From the human T2T-CHM13v2.0 reference genome, Homo sapiens, in assembly GCF_009914755.1 (NCBI RefSeq), contig NC_060947.1: a stretch of DNA of 64,000 nt; one strand, given 5' to 3'. The position numbers were made by a program, and so were the translations under genes. The notes beneath the pieces are model-generated. The model made no database searches and was not told the origin of the DNA. It saw only the letters and a list, made by a program, of their open reading frames with translations. Shown here piece after piece: positions 31,271 to 49,044 of this stretch; position 1 is the first letter of the stretch, and each line of letters starts with the position of its first letter.

Positions 31271-31561
31271 TGTAATGTTTGCCATCCTTACTCCTGCGTC
31301 CTACTATTTCAAAACATTTCCTATGCAGTCACTACTAAGTGTTTAGTATCTTTTCTTCTCAGTGACTGATTTTGTCAAATGACAATCCACTATTGCTACA
31401 GTCATCAGTAAAAACATTTCAAGTGATTTTGCTTGGTGGAAAATTTCCTTATTGAATGATGAGCTCTTCTCTGTTGTGTGAATTTATTTCCCTCCTAAAA
31501 TATGGGGGATGGGGGAGGAAACCAGAAGGTGGGTTGTCATCACTTAGATACCTGCTTCTAC

Positions 31562-31728
31562 ACTAGTGCTTCCTATACTGTAATATGCAAGCAAATCACC
31601 AGAGAACGCTGTTAAAATGCAGATTCTGATGCACCATGTCTGGGGTGGGGTCTGAGCATTTCTAACAAGCTCTCAGGTGATGCTGCTATTGCCGGTCCAT
31701 GGATCTCACTTTAAGCATCAAGAATCTA
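31562..31728. mobile_element. MER5A-like
   Basis: gttaaaatgcagattctgat...gcatttctaacaagctctcaggtgatgctg. Confidence 0.7.
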
Positions 31729-32704
31729 GGAAACATTAAGAACCAGAATCCAGATTCTCTAGAACCCAAACTCAGACTCCAAGAGAGAACAACAGGTGTG
31801 GAACAGAACATCCTTCACCTAAACAATACAAGAAAGCAAGCAATCAAAAAGCTTACAAAGTGTGGCTAACTTAGCCTTTAAACCAACCTAATGGTCTATG
31901 GGCCGTAATCTTGGCAGGCGCCAACACCATCTAGCTTCTTAAACAATTACATCCATTCATCAAAGCAGCACAAATTCCATTAAATGCTACTTTAGTATCC
32001 TTGGCAACGAAGCCACCAGCACTGTAGCTATCCTTCCCACACCTCAGCCCTACTGGAATCGTGCCATGGCAAGATCTGGCTCAGCACCGTCCAGTAACAG
32101 AGTCCCCATGGACATGAAGTGGGTTGAGGCTGGGAAAGGTGGGCAGAGGCCACGCAAAAGCCTGGGCAAAGAACCTAAATATGGGATTGCTCCTCCCTTA
32201 TACTGGAAAGTGCTTCTAACTTCCCAATATTTCTTATTACATCGTCAGCAGGGAAAGAATACACCTGGAGTGAGGCAAACACAGATGGAGTGGCTGATTT
32301 AAACAGTGGCATGGTCAAATGGGCTCCCACAACAAAAGAGAAACCGTGGATGAGAGATGTGTATATACTAATATACGGATATGTGCGGGTGTACTCACAC
32401 ATGTAAGCATATAGTGTAGAAAGATTAACAGGCCTCGCCCTGCATCCTCAGCCTTACAATGTGCTTTTCAACCACTTCCACAACACTGGCTACTTTCCCA
32501 CCCCCAAGGACCATGCTATGTGGGATGCTGGCAGTCCACTTACCAAAAAGAGCACCCAAGGTTCTCACAGTTTATTTGGGTGCTGAAATGTGCCAGTGCT
32601 GCACCGAGTGCTTTACACACACTATCTTGTTTATGTATGCAACAACCGCAGAGTAGAGATCACTGTTGCCAGCTAACAGATGCATCCTATGATGAAACTT
32701 GTTA

Positions 32705-32959
<255 letters not shown>

Positions 32960-33186
32960 CTAGAAAACAGGAGAACAGAGAGTGAGAGATGGGGGCAAGC
33001 AGCCTCCAGAGGGGTGTAACCCCCCTCTTCAAGAGAATGGAGGCCCTTTCCTGGAGGTCCGTGTTAATGAGGCAATGGTTACCAAGTCAGCACAAACCCC
33101 AATGTCAGAGGGGAAAACAAAAGCTTAAGTCCGCTTAACAATGTCGGCTGGTACTCAAAACCCAGTGCTGCTTTTAGATGCCCTGA

Positions 33187-33522
<336 letters not shown>

Positions 33523-35803
33523 TTTCTTTTTTCTTTAAGGATGGGAGAATATGTGTTTTCTTCATTTTAATTTTACTGAAATAAAAGTATTTCATTAACT
33601 GCAAATATGGCTTAGAAAATATCACATGCACAAATGTGATTAGCCTGTCACAAAGCTTGTCAATATTGAAAAAAGGTTTTGTGACAGTCAGCCAACCAGA
33701 AGAAAAATCATACTTTACACAAGCTCATTAATGCACTGCTCTCCTTCACCTTCTCCTTTAGATGTTGATGGCGCACAGTTGCCATCATGAAAATCCCTTC
33801 CTCCACTTTACAGGATGCAATGTTGGCATCCTAAATGAATGAATAAGGCTCTCCATTCTTCCAGAGTGAACTTGCTTCCCTTTGGATAATCTCTATTTTG
33901 TTCATTCATTCATCAAACATTTATCAAGCATCTACTTTGTTCTGGACACTGAGCCAGGTGCTAGAGAAAGGACAACGAGCAAAAATGGCAAGAGCCTGGC
34001 CTTTCTCATGAGCCTAATGGCCTCGTGGTTCTCCTGGGCACATAATCTCATGCCACAAAACCACTTCTAGTTTTTCCCATTTTCAACTGGTTGGAAGTCC
34101 CATTTGCTGGAGTTTTATCATATGTCTCACATTTGTCCTCCGAGTCCAATTCCACTTCTACCGCCTGACCCAGGGCTCATCCAGCCTACTGTAAACCTCC
34201 TCACTTGGGCAACGCTTCCTGCCCAGTATATATATAATATACACACCACTGTCAAATATAAAATTCCTTGAATAAAATCCCTGTAATCAGTTAATCTCCA
34301 TCCCACTTCAGGCATCCTGACCCTGAGCCTGCTTTTTGTCCTATAGCAGACTCCCAAGTCTCGTGATCAACAACTTCCAGCTGAAGCCCAAAATGAGAAA
34401 AGGCTTTCCAAAAAACAAACAAACAAAAAAACCTGCTGATAACACATAAGGGAAAGCAAGAAGGTGACAGAGAAAGAGAGGAGATCATGTTCAGGGCCCA
34501 TGGAGAACCCATGGTCTCCACGACACCAGTGGGATTAGAAAAGGGCTCAAGTACCAGATGTGCAGCTGGCCTAAGGCCTTGCTGTAGGGCCCTGGGAGAG
34601 CCATGGCTTGTATGGCTCATTTGTACCTTGTTAGATCATACATTCCAGCAAGGTGAGGAGCACATCTGACTTTTCACCATTATACCCCCAGCCATGTACA
34701 CAATGCCTCATATAATAAGTATTTGTAGAATCAATGCAGACTCTTTCTAGCCCTGAGAGTTCTGCGATCTCCTCCAGTCCAATACTTGAATTACTGTAGA
34801 ACAGGATGGCCTCTATCTGCCTAAACTCGTGGGAATTCTCTATAAGTTAGCATAAGGCCCACCTCAGGTAGCAAGTAATTCATCACCACCTTCCACTGCC
34901 CCAGTGGTATCTGTTACAAAGATAAGCTGACCCCTTAGGGTCTTCCTTAGGGAAGAGAGTGCAGATTTTGGAAATCAGTCCTTAGTCACAGACTATAAAT
35001 TCTAGCCCCAACTAACAACAAAAAAAACCAAAGACCCTTGAAGTATCAAGTTCAGATTTACCCAGAACAAAACAAGGGTCCAAAAGTCTTTCAACATGAA
35101 AGGATGCTTATCTTTCTGGAAAAATGACATTGAGAAGTCCAAGTAGATAGTCTGGTCCTGCCCATGTCACATCACCCCCTGAATACTAGCATCAGTCTTC
35201 AAAGAAGGGATTTATGAACAGGAGTGGTGGCAGGATTTGGTGGCTCCTGAGGTTCTTCTGACCCTAGGATGTTACAAACATTATCAATGATAACAGAAAA
35301 ACTTATGAAGGAAGCTGGGAGTAGAATTTCTTTGACCCTAACTCTTGGAATTAGGTTTCTTCAAAACTCAACTTGAAACTCACCTTTAAGAAACTGACTA
35401 TGATGAATGCCTTATCTTTTCTCTAATGCTCAGTACAGTGTTAATTTGCAATTAATGATATTCAATTCAATAAACATCTATTAAATGCAAAATATATTTA
35501 AGCTCTGTAAGCACCAAACCTTAAACATGCAGATGCAGAGAACATGATCTCTAACCCCAGGGAGCTTAGAGATGTATGGGAAAGACAGACATACAATATT
35601 ACGCAAGGTCCTTTGGGTAACAGGGATCAAATGAGTGCTCTAGTACCAAAAGAGGAGAGAACCATTAACAGTTTTTGCAATAATCTGAAATCTTTACATG
35701 TGTGAATGGTTTGCTTAGCTGAGGACTGGTCTTCCTTCCACATTCATTTCAGGTCATCTGATACAGAACTATGCCCACAAAAGGCATTCAAAAAAAAACT
35801 ATC

Positions 35804-36099
35804 TTTTTTTGCAGGGAGACAGAGTCACACTCTCATTGTCTAGGCTGGAGTGCAGTGGCATGATCTCGGCTCACTGCAGCCTTGACTTCTTGGGTTCAAG
35901 AGATCCTCCCACATCAGCCTCCTGAGTAGCTTGGACTACAGGCACATGCCACCATGCCTGGCTAATTTTTCATATTTTTAGTAGAGATGGGGTTTCGCCG
36001 TGCTGCCCAGGCTGGTCTTGAACTCCTGGGCTCAAGGGATCCATCTGCCTCGGCCTCCCAAAGTGCTGGGATTACAGGTGCGAGCTACCACACCTGGGC
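35804..36099 (-). mobile_element. AluJ
   Basis: Alu body with gaactcctgggctcaag. Confidence 0.9.
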
Positions 36100-36156
36100 T
36101 CAAACTTTCTAAACAGTGTAAATCCATGCTTCATCTTAGTCTTATGCAAATAATAA

Positions 36157-36718
<562 letters not shown>

Positions 36719-37135
36719 TAATTCAAAGAAGAGAAGGGAAGCATGAAGGGAGAACACAATATGTCTAATTGTTCTGATTGGTACAAGAATAAACACAAGG
36801 TCCATGGATGAGATAAGTACAGTCAAAAGAGAAAACTGCCAGTGTGATTTAGTGCTACTAGCAGAAGTAGAAAAAAAAAAAAAAAAAAAAAACAAGAAAA
36901 ATAGCCAAAGAAAAGAGTCTGCTATAAGACAGAAAGTGGGCACAGGGTCAGGATGCCTGGAGTGGGATAGAGATTTACAGAGAAGCAAGGCATTTTTTTC
37001 CCCCAGCAATACAAGCTAATTTAAGGGAAATAGGAATAATTTTAACAGCAAAATGAGAAGTGAAAATAAGTCCTCTTCAACAAACCAGACAAAAGAACTA
37101 GTCTTTTGATGGCAGAGATGAAGAGACTTGTATGA

Positions 37136-37492
<357 letters not shown>

Positions 37493-39386
37493 TGAGAACC
37501 TAAAATGGCTCTCAAACCTGGCTGCACACTTAGAATCACCTGGGAATTTTAAAAAAAAATGCCAATGGCTGGGCTAGACTTCTAAAATGTGCAGGACAGG
37601 AGATGAATCCAGGGGAGAAAAGAAAACCATCATGTCCTTGTGGGGCTCCCAAGCTCAGAGTCTAGTGGGAGAGGCAGACACAGTGAATCAGAATGGCACA
37701 GAAACACTGGCAGAAGTGCTAGAATGGATTTACAAACAAGTGGGACCAAGACAAGCTGGGCAGCCTGGAAGCAGAGAACAAGGACAAGAACTGAGGCAAT
37801 GAGAATGGTCAAGGGCAGACTTGCTGAGCGTAAAGGAAGAGAAGAGGGAGAGAGGAAAGCTGTGCTCATGGAAGAGAATATACAGGAATTAGAGCTTGGA
37901 ACAAACCCTGCCCCTCCAACATCTACTGAACAGTGATATGAGGTGTGAGGCAAGACAGCACCCACTGAGTGACAGGGGCAGAAAGGAGGGGCAGGTGATC
38001 AACCGCTTGTGAGGCCCGACTGCCATCAGGGCGGAAGTGGATGTCCCCAAGGAAGACGGTAGAAGTTGAGTGAAGGCAGGATGGTGAGGCAGTAGCTGAC
38101 CACTGAGGAGAGAGGTAACGTGGCCCAAGTACTACAATTTGTTTCCAAATCTGGGGCGCTATTAATAAATTACACCAGGACCCCAGGCATAACTCCAGAC
38201 GACAGTCACCTTCATGGAGTTTTAGACTCTAATACAAATGAGAAAGAGCATTGTAGGCAGGTGAGGGGATGAACTCTGAATGAGGTGGGAGGTAGAAATG
38301 AGAAAAGGAGCAGCATGTAGATGACGCTTCCAGAAAGCTGCTGTTTAGACATAAGCTCTATTGGCATGAACTCAGGGGAAAGTAGACCTAAACCCTTAGC
38401 AAGAATATGGAAAGAAATCATATTTCTGACATATCATTTTTACTCTTTCAAACTCAAGTCCTTAAAATGGCCAAAATGGTTTCTCTATGCCTCAACACCA
38501 GGGAGATATTAGGGTAACATATACTTTTCCCTATAAAATGCAAATGATGTTTTTCCTTTTAAGGAATGAATGAATTGAGCATTAGGCGTTGTGTAGTCCA
38601 GCCTCTGCGTTCTGCTACATCTCAGGTTATCTACTCCCTCCTAGCATACTGCTTATAACAGGGAACTCACTTTGTCACAAGGGAGCCATTCCTTATTTTG
38701 CCTGACATGTTCAAGTGGAACTCAGAGAGAGGTGGAACAGAGCAAGCATGGGCCATGTGACACTTAAGCTGTTCCCTAGTGACGAAAGCTCCCTGGATCT
38801 CGGTTTCCTGACACATGTGAAAATCTTTGCAAAGTATAAAGAGTGACACAAGAGCTGGTTGTTGTTATTGTCATCATCGTGATTATATGGCCTGGTCCGA
38901 ATCCCTGAGGGACAATGTGACCAGGAGAGCTGCTTAATTACACTCATGTGCATTTGTCATGCGACCCAGCGCCATCCTCGAGTGCCAAGGAGCCACTCCT
39001 AGTCCCTGCTGCCTCAGGTGAAACCCCCTGGCAGCAGCTCACACACTTGGAGGGGGTCCAAGGGGAGGGATGCCAAGGCCCCGGGGTGTGTCTGAGGAAG
39101 GAGGCCTTGCCCAGACTTCAGTATCGGGCCTCAGTCTGTTCAATCTTGCCAGCATGGCCCCGTGTAACCTGGCCGAAGTGCTCCACACAGCTGAGAGCGA
39201 CTCCCTGACATACAACCTGTGGGCACAGAGAGGGCACGTGAGACCTGGTGTGCCTACCTCTAGTCTAGGCACTTCAAATCTGTAGAAAAGACAAACTTGC
39301 CACCTAGCTTGTACATTGGTTAACAGAATGAGCTACAATCTCATCTTGGGCTGTTTTGTCAAGAGTACAAAGCCATGTACTAGATG

Positions 39387-39740
39387 AGTGGCTCTCACAC
39401 CTGTCTGCACATTTAGAATCACCTGGGAATTTAAAAGAAAATGCCGATGTCTGGGCCAGACTCCATACCCATTAAATCACAATTTGGGGGTGGGGAATGG
39501 GCACAGGAAATCAGTGCTTTTACAATGTCCCTAGGTTTTTCCAGTGTGTAGGCTGAGAATCAGTGATTTAAGAGGAACGCTTCTCAAGCTTTAATGTGCA
39601 TGCTTCTCACTTAGGGATTTTGTGAAAATGCCAATTCAAATTCAGTAGGTCTGGGGCAAGTCTGAGATTCTACACTTCTAAGAGGTTCCCAGGTGATGCC
39701 AATGCCGCTACTCCGTGGACCATACTTTGAGTCACAAGGT
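39387..39740. mobile_element. Two adjacent MER5-family elements (MER5B-like, then MER5A-like)
   Basis: ctgcacatttagaatcacctggg...gctgagaatcagtg, followed by ttctcaagctttaatgtgcat...ccaggtgatgccaatgcc...ggaccatactttgag. Confidence 0.75.
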
Positions 39741-40831
39741 TCCTGAAAACGATAAGCTCCTTGAAAATGAGGATTCTTATCTTCACACCTCTGTCTCCAT
39801 CTAATTCCTGCCGTAGTGCCCGGAACATGTCAATTCTGAATAAATGTTGACTGAATAGATGAATGACCCAATCTTCCTCCAGACTGTTGTTCCACTTCTC
39901 TCCACTTTCAAACATCAGAAGTGAGGTCAAACTGAACAAGGGGGAAGCAGGTATAGAATTCCTACACAAAGGAAGCTTCATCTATATGATCAGGCTTTAC
40001 CTGCTGATCTGTTCTGAATTTATTATTTATTCAAAATTGTGGCAAAAACTTTAAAATTACCCCAAAAAGGAAGGCTACATTTTCTCAGGCATTGTAAGTG
40101 TCTTCTTTGAGTTCAAATGGGAACATGCAGCTTAGAAACAGACATTTCAAACCAAAAACTGAAAACATAAAAATGGGTACACCACTTGATGCAAACGAAA
40201 AAGAAATGTATTCTGCTCAGTCACTTCTGGTGGTCAGCTGCCCCCAGGCTCCCCAGTCCCAATTTCCCAGAAGTTATCCAGCATGGCTGTTCTTCATGAC
40301 CTTCCCTGATATCATTTGAGGAGAAAATGAGTGTTGGACAATTTGGGTGAGGCTGTTAAGTGAGCCTCAGCATGCCCCCAGAGGGCCTCACACCCTCAGC
40401 ATCCACCAGCAGTATGGAAACAGGCATTTAATATTTGCTAATGAACGCCTTCTGCATAGAGCTTAGGGGTGGGGGCTATTGAGCGAAAGTTCCATGGAAG
40501 CCGGGGCCCAGAAGCACTCATCTCTGCCTCTGCTTGTTAACACCTCCCCAAGAGATGCAATTATTCTGCATGGCTGGGATTTCTCTCAGAATTTTCTACA
40601 TCCCCATAAATCAGTTACTAAAGGAGGCTCAGCCACATATCATGGTTTATAAGGTAAGAAGAAAAAACGAGGACTACACTGACTACTATTCAGTGTCAGA
40701 AGCAATGCCTGGCAGGCCAAAAGTAAAGAAAGAAGCCTGAGGAGACAGTCCTAGGGACGAGCTTACTCAAGAAAACACTACATTCCAAATGCCAACATCA
40801 CAGGATAACTAAGGCTTAGGCAGTCATTCAC

Positions 40832-41176
40832 TTTTTTTTTTTTTTTTTAGACGGGGCCTCACTCTGTTGCCCAGGCTGGAGTGCAGTGGCATTCCAAAGT
40901 AGAGCCATTGTTGAACGTCTTTATACAGAAGGATAAATACATCATGGCTCACTGCAGCCTTGACCTCTCAGGCTCAAGCAATCCTTCCACTCAGTCTCTC
41001 GAGCAGCCAAGACTACAGGCATACTCCATCATGCATGGCTAATTTTTTAATTTTTTGTAGAGTCAGGGTCTTGCCATGTTACCCAGGCTAGTCTCAAATT
41101 CCTAAACTCAAGTGATCTGCCCGCCTCGGCCCTCCAAAGTGCTGGGATTACAGGTGTGAGCCACCACGCCTGACTG
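40832..41176 (-). mobile_element. AluJ carrying a non-Alu insert of about 50 bp
   Basis: TSD ggcagtcaYtcact. The Alu is interrupted between gtgcagtggca and atcatggctcactgc. Confidence 0.92.
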
Positions 41177-41449
41177 GCAGTCACTCACTCTTTTGTAATA
41201 CAACGAAGTCATGACCCAGAGTGGAACTACTTACAAAAAATCCTGGCTTCTTAGCAGGCAACAATTTACAGGCTTTGCTATACTAACTTTTGCTTTTTTC
41301 TTTTTACATACTATATAACTAGCAACAAGAAACTGGGTGGATAACACACAAAAAAACAGTAAACACATTTCCTCTTGGGGATGCCAATATTAACTGAAGC
41401 AGGTATCAATGCCTGAAAACTGTACTCAGAAACACCCCTATGTCTTCTT

Positions 41450-42275
41450 CAAGCCACCTCACATTTTCCTGCTTCTTCACAGATCTAGTCATTTGCGATT
41501 ATATTATCTCAACAGTTGCTGAGCAACTGTGCATGCTGTTGTTCAAAGACTGGATTTTGTTGTCTTCCCTGAAAGAGTGTTGAGTTCTGCTATGGTAGGC
41601 AGGTTACTTGCAGGTCAGCTTGACTGGTCAAGGCTTGGGTTTTTAGGCTTTGTTACAATGGGTCTAGGGTAGTGCTGTTCCTGTGGCTGGCTTTTCTGGG
41701 TTCTCAACTGGATGCCAGAAGTTCTCAACACGAGGATAGCACCTCGTGTTTTTCTACTCTGCTTAGCTAGAACTCTAACATCTCCCATTACTGGTGATCT
41801 CTGGGATATCCACTCAGCTCACAGCCCCTCCAAGTTCTTATTTTCTGCCAGGCCTCGTAGAGTCTTGCCCTACTGATGCCTGGCTTAGTATTTGGCCAAA
41901 TCATCTAGATCTATACATTTCTGACACTCTTTCCTTGTGTAGCTCATTCTTTTGCAGTTCCCTGCCCTGAAAATTTGAGCCACCCCAGCAGTCCTGAATT
42001 ACAGCTTGTTTCCTCTATCCAATAAATGAGTCTGCTACTCTTTGTTTGGGCTCCACTGCCCTGTGCTGCAATTTAGAAAGTGCCTCTAGGCAAAAAGCCA
42101 GGGTTGATGTAAAACTCACTTTTATGCTTCCCTTGTCTCCAGGATCACATTCTTGTGATATGTATTGTCCAATGCCTAAAAACAGCCACTTTGTATGTTT
42201 TGGCCAATGTTAGAGTTGTCTATGACAGGAAGGCAAGTCTAATTACCCTTTACTCTATAATAGCCGCAACCCCAA
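41450..42275 (-). mobile_element. Old L1M fragment
   Basis: Diverged L1ME/MC-like motifs (ttgtccaatgcctaaaaacag, ttttggccaatgttagagttgt, aggaaggcaagtct). Confidence 0.5.
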
Positions 42276-43017
42276 GTTATATATTCCCTCAAAAAGATTG
42301 TTTCTTCATTTAGACTGGACTTTTTCATTCTAGATATAATAGAACTTTCAGCTCTATCTTTAAAAGTCTGAGCTATTTCAAGGTCTAATTCCCAAAAGAA
42401 GTCCTAGAGAAAGAATGTGTGAAATGAAGACACATACAAGGGTTTTTAATTATCCTGGAGTTTCCTTTGCCAGTCATATGTTCCTTTCTCTAACAAGGAA
42501 GGTGAAGTATTCCCTAAAGTAGAGCCATTGTTGAACATCTTTATACAGAAGGATAAATACATGCAGTAAGTTAGTGCCACCTAGCTTTTTTCAGATAATG
42601 GCGCACACATAAAATAGTAGTTATTTTTATGACATACTGCTGGAGGCCAAAGGTTGTTGAAGGCCATCAGCCCAGAGGGGTGATTCCGGCCAGCTAAGGC
42701 CCTTCCCATCCACCCTGGAGAGCTGAAGAAATCACCACCCTACCCTCACAGCACATAGGTGAGGAAATGCTACAGAAGTAACCTTTGAGTTCAGATGTCA
42801 TTAAGAAATGAGGGGAAAAAACAAAAACAAAAACAAAAAAACCTTAAACCAAATCTCAGTCCCTAGTAAGAGAACAGGACTTCCACAGGTGTTCAGTGTC
42901 ACGAAGGCAGGAATCAGGAAGGCCCATGGGGATTTTCATAGAAGACAACCAAGGGCAGAAGCCCTAAAGGCCTCTGTGTGCTCAGCCTGTTTTCCTCTTA
43001 GAAAAAGATGTTTCTAG

Positions 43018-43323
<306 letters not shown>

Positions 43324-43594
43324 ACAGTTTCTATCTGGAGCCTCTTCAGAGAACAGCACCCAACAGATGCTGCCATGCTGGCCCAACTCCAGGGTGACCA
43401 TTCATATTTGGTACTTCCTAGAGTTGTGGAACATGGCTATATAGTTTGTATACAAAAAAATACCAGAATTATTTATTGATTTCATAATTTCCTTTGCAAC
43501 ATATGCAATCTAAAGTCTTCTAAAAAATGTTTATGCTTTAGCCTTTTTTCTAATTGTGGAATGAAAGAATTTCTACTCCCATAAGTCCACTTCA

Positions 43595-44252
<658 letters not shown>

Positions 44253-44417
44253 TTATATAGACAGGACCTTCCCAATGTCCTCGTAAGATGGCTTTAAGTA
44301 TTCCAAGAGACGTTAACTATATATAAGGGCATGTGAACAAGTCATACACAAAATCCAAATTATTAAGCTAGCACTTTTACATTTTTTTCCTGTCCATTTA
44401 AATATAATCAAGTATGT

Positions 44418-44754
<337 letters not shown>

Positions 44755-45709
44755 TTATGTAACAACATTTTCACAGAAACTTCTCATTTTGTGGGAAAGT
44801 TGCTAGGGACCTTGCTAGGTCATTTACATTGAGATGACCGCTTAATCGGAAATCTTAAAAGCTGTTTCTAATGGCACCTTCAGCTCATCCATAGCACATT
44901 GCTGAATATATAGTCTACTCCTCCAGGATGAGCATCCTATAGCTGAGTTTTTACCTTCATTTATGGTTTAGAGAACTGCATTGACTCTGCATCCAAATAC
45001 ATGCTTTTCTTCCATTAAAAGGATGGTAGCTATGAGAGAAAATCATTTTGCTTCACAGGTAGACAGTAGCGTTCATAAAGCATTTTTTATTATTATGTTT
45101 TAAGAGATTTTCTTAGCTCCTGCACCAATTCTAAGAGATACAAAGAAAGCTTTAAAAAAGGAGAAGGTGGTATTCTTCATTCCACAGATAAGGACTGGGA
45201 AGGAACAGGAGGTGAAGGGCATAGACATGATCATTTTGAAGGTCAAGAACATTGAAGCCAGCTGCAGCGACTATTAGTAAATTCCTATCTTCCACTTCCA
45301 TTCTTCACCAGACAAATCCACACTTCTTTTAAGAAATTCTTCTACTAGGAAAACATATTTCTTAGCCTGAAAACTTGTTTGGTGGCTTTTAATCTATACT
45401 TAGCTGATTTAGCTTCTAGGCCTGTGCAGCGAGTAAAAAATACAATTCCAAAGTCAAATCCAGGCCCTCGGGCTGCTCAGCTGAGTCCAGAACAGACCAC
45501 TGGAGTATGGCTCTGTCTGTCTGCCACCACAGGGGAGAAAGGGCACGGGGCAAGGAAAGGCTCCAATGTGAAAGATCCATGAATTACAAGAGGTATTCCC
45601 AGGAAGACTCAGAATGAAACCAAGGTCCTTCAAATCCACGCAATTACGTAGCAGGCAATTACTTACTGAACACTGGGGCTTAGATGGCCTTGTAGGAAAA
45701 ATAGACTAG

Positions 45710-46410
<701 letters not shown>

Positions 46411-46741
46411 CAAGGGCCAGCAAACTACAGCCCATGGGCCAGGTCTAGCCTGCCACCTATTTCTCTATGGTCCACAAACTAAGAATAGTTTTTACATTTT
46501 TGAATGGTTTTTAAAAATCAAAAGAAGAAGAATATTTCAAGAAATGTGAAAATTATATGACATTCAAATCTAAGTATCCATAAATAAAGTTTCATTGGAA
46601 CTCTGCTACACCCATTCATTTACCTCTATGGCTGCTTTTGCTCTAAAATGGCAGAGTTGAGTAATTGTGACACAGACTGCATGACCCACAAAGCCTGAAA
46701 TATTTACTCCCTGGCCCTCTGCAGAAGTTTGCCAAACCCTG
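46411..46741. mobile_element. MER58B-like hAT MITE
   Basis: caagggccagcaaactacagcccatgggcc...aaagcctgaaatatttact...gaagtttgccaaaccctg, about 330 bp. Confidence 0.8.
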
Positions 46742-47379
46742 TTCTAGGATATGAGGATCCTTATACGCATCCATGCAGAACCTCAGGGACTCTCTCAATG
46801 CCACTATAAAAAAAATACTGTAAAGACAGAAGCTTTAAATAAAAACACTGAAAGCCCTGAGGAAGGCAGAAAAAGAATGCATTTAATAGTTGGCTACCAT
46901 TTCCAGCTAGAAATAAAATATAAAAACCTTAATCAAAACTATTTTTAAAAGGACACATTTTACTGCACTATACAGTTAACTATAAAATGAGGAAATTTTA
47001 AGCCTAAAAGGCACTTATTTTAATGACTTTTTTTCTTAAAGATCTCCATGAGTCATAAACTAAGAAAAAATATTTGTAATATGAAGATGACAGGTTAATG
47101 TCATGAATATAAGGTATTTTTATAAAAATCAATTGGAAATGATGCATAAAATGTTCAAGCTCGGTAATCATTTTTTAAAATGCAGAATTAGCAGAGCCCA
47201 AATCACATTAGCAGAGATTAAAAAGAATGATAATATCCAGGGATGACAAGAATAGGGAAATATATTTGCATGCACTCCTGTGAGGAGACTAAATTGGCAC
47301 AATCTTTCAGGATGTATCCTCAATATGCCCTCAAAATGCATCAATACAGTATTACACTGAGCAATTTATCATCAGGAAA

Positions 47380-47575
47380 TAGTAACTGCTAACATTTATG
47401 TAGCAGCTATTAGGACCCAGGCTTTCTAAATGCTTTACCTACTTCATCTCATTTAATCTTCACAACACCAGGATGTAGGTACTATTATTACTCTCATTTC
47501 ACAGATGTGAAAACTGATGCACACAGAGATGAGTAACCTGCCAAGGTATCACAGCTAGAAGGAAGTGGCAGAAAT
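47380..47575. mobile_element. MIR, embedded in diverged L1M-like sequence at about 47060-48300
   Basis: tctcatttaatcttcacaac...catttcacagatgtgaaaactga...agtaacctgccaagg. Confidence 0.75.
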
Positions 47576-47651
47576 GCACACAAAGACTGTTGAACAGGGT
47601 GACGACTATGTGCAACATGGTCTAACACAAAGAAAAACTGGAAACAAGCTA

Positions 47652-47986
<335 letters not shown>

Positions 47987-48283
47987 TTTTGGTACTCTCT
48001 CCATACATTAGGATTCAGGATGCTAAGGAATCATTTACCCATGCTGCCAAGGATAATCATGATGTATTTTGGACAAAGAGGGTTATTATAAAATAGTGTA
48101 TGTAATATGATCCTATTTTTATTTTAAACTGTAATTATGTGCACATATGGAAAAAGTCTGAAAGAATAATTGCGAAAATATTAAGAGGTATGTGAAGGTG
48201 GTAAGGTCACCGGTAATTTTGATTTTTCTTTGTATTTATTTGTCTGTTTTTCTCATTTTTTTTCCAAGAGTAAGTGTTATTTA

Positions 48284-48641
<358 letters not shown>

Positions 48642-48924
48642 TCAGAAACCGTGTATTTTAATAAAATGCAAATATGAATGCAAAGCACTCTGAGATACTG
48701 AACAAGACAGGTTACACAACTGTAATACATTACTTTCATCCTAAGAAAAGCTAAAATAAATAATGAAAAGGAACTTCAGGGGAAGTACTGACCTTAATTT
48801 CAGGACAGTTCAATATACCAGGAAAGAACATTCAGTTACCAGGCATTTGTCTTTTCATCTTCTTCTAATAACTTATCATAGCAATAACTATGATTTAACC
48901 TTTAAAGAAAATATTGTGTGTGTA

Positions 48925-49044
48925 AAGACAGAGTCTCTCGCTATGTTGCCCAAGCTGGTCTCAAACTCCTTGGCTCAAGCAATCCTTCTACCTCAGCCTC
49001 CCCAAAGTGTTGGGATTACAGGTGTGAGCCACTACACCCAGCCC
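48925..49044 (-). mobile_element. Alu monomer (FLAM-like)
   Basis: Single arm with TSD tgatttaaccttta at about 48891 and 49047. Confidence 0.88.
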
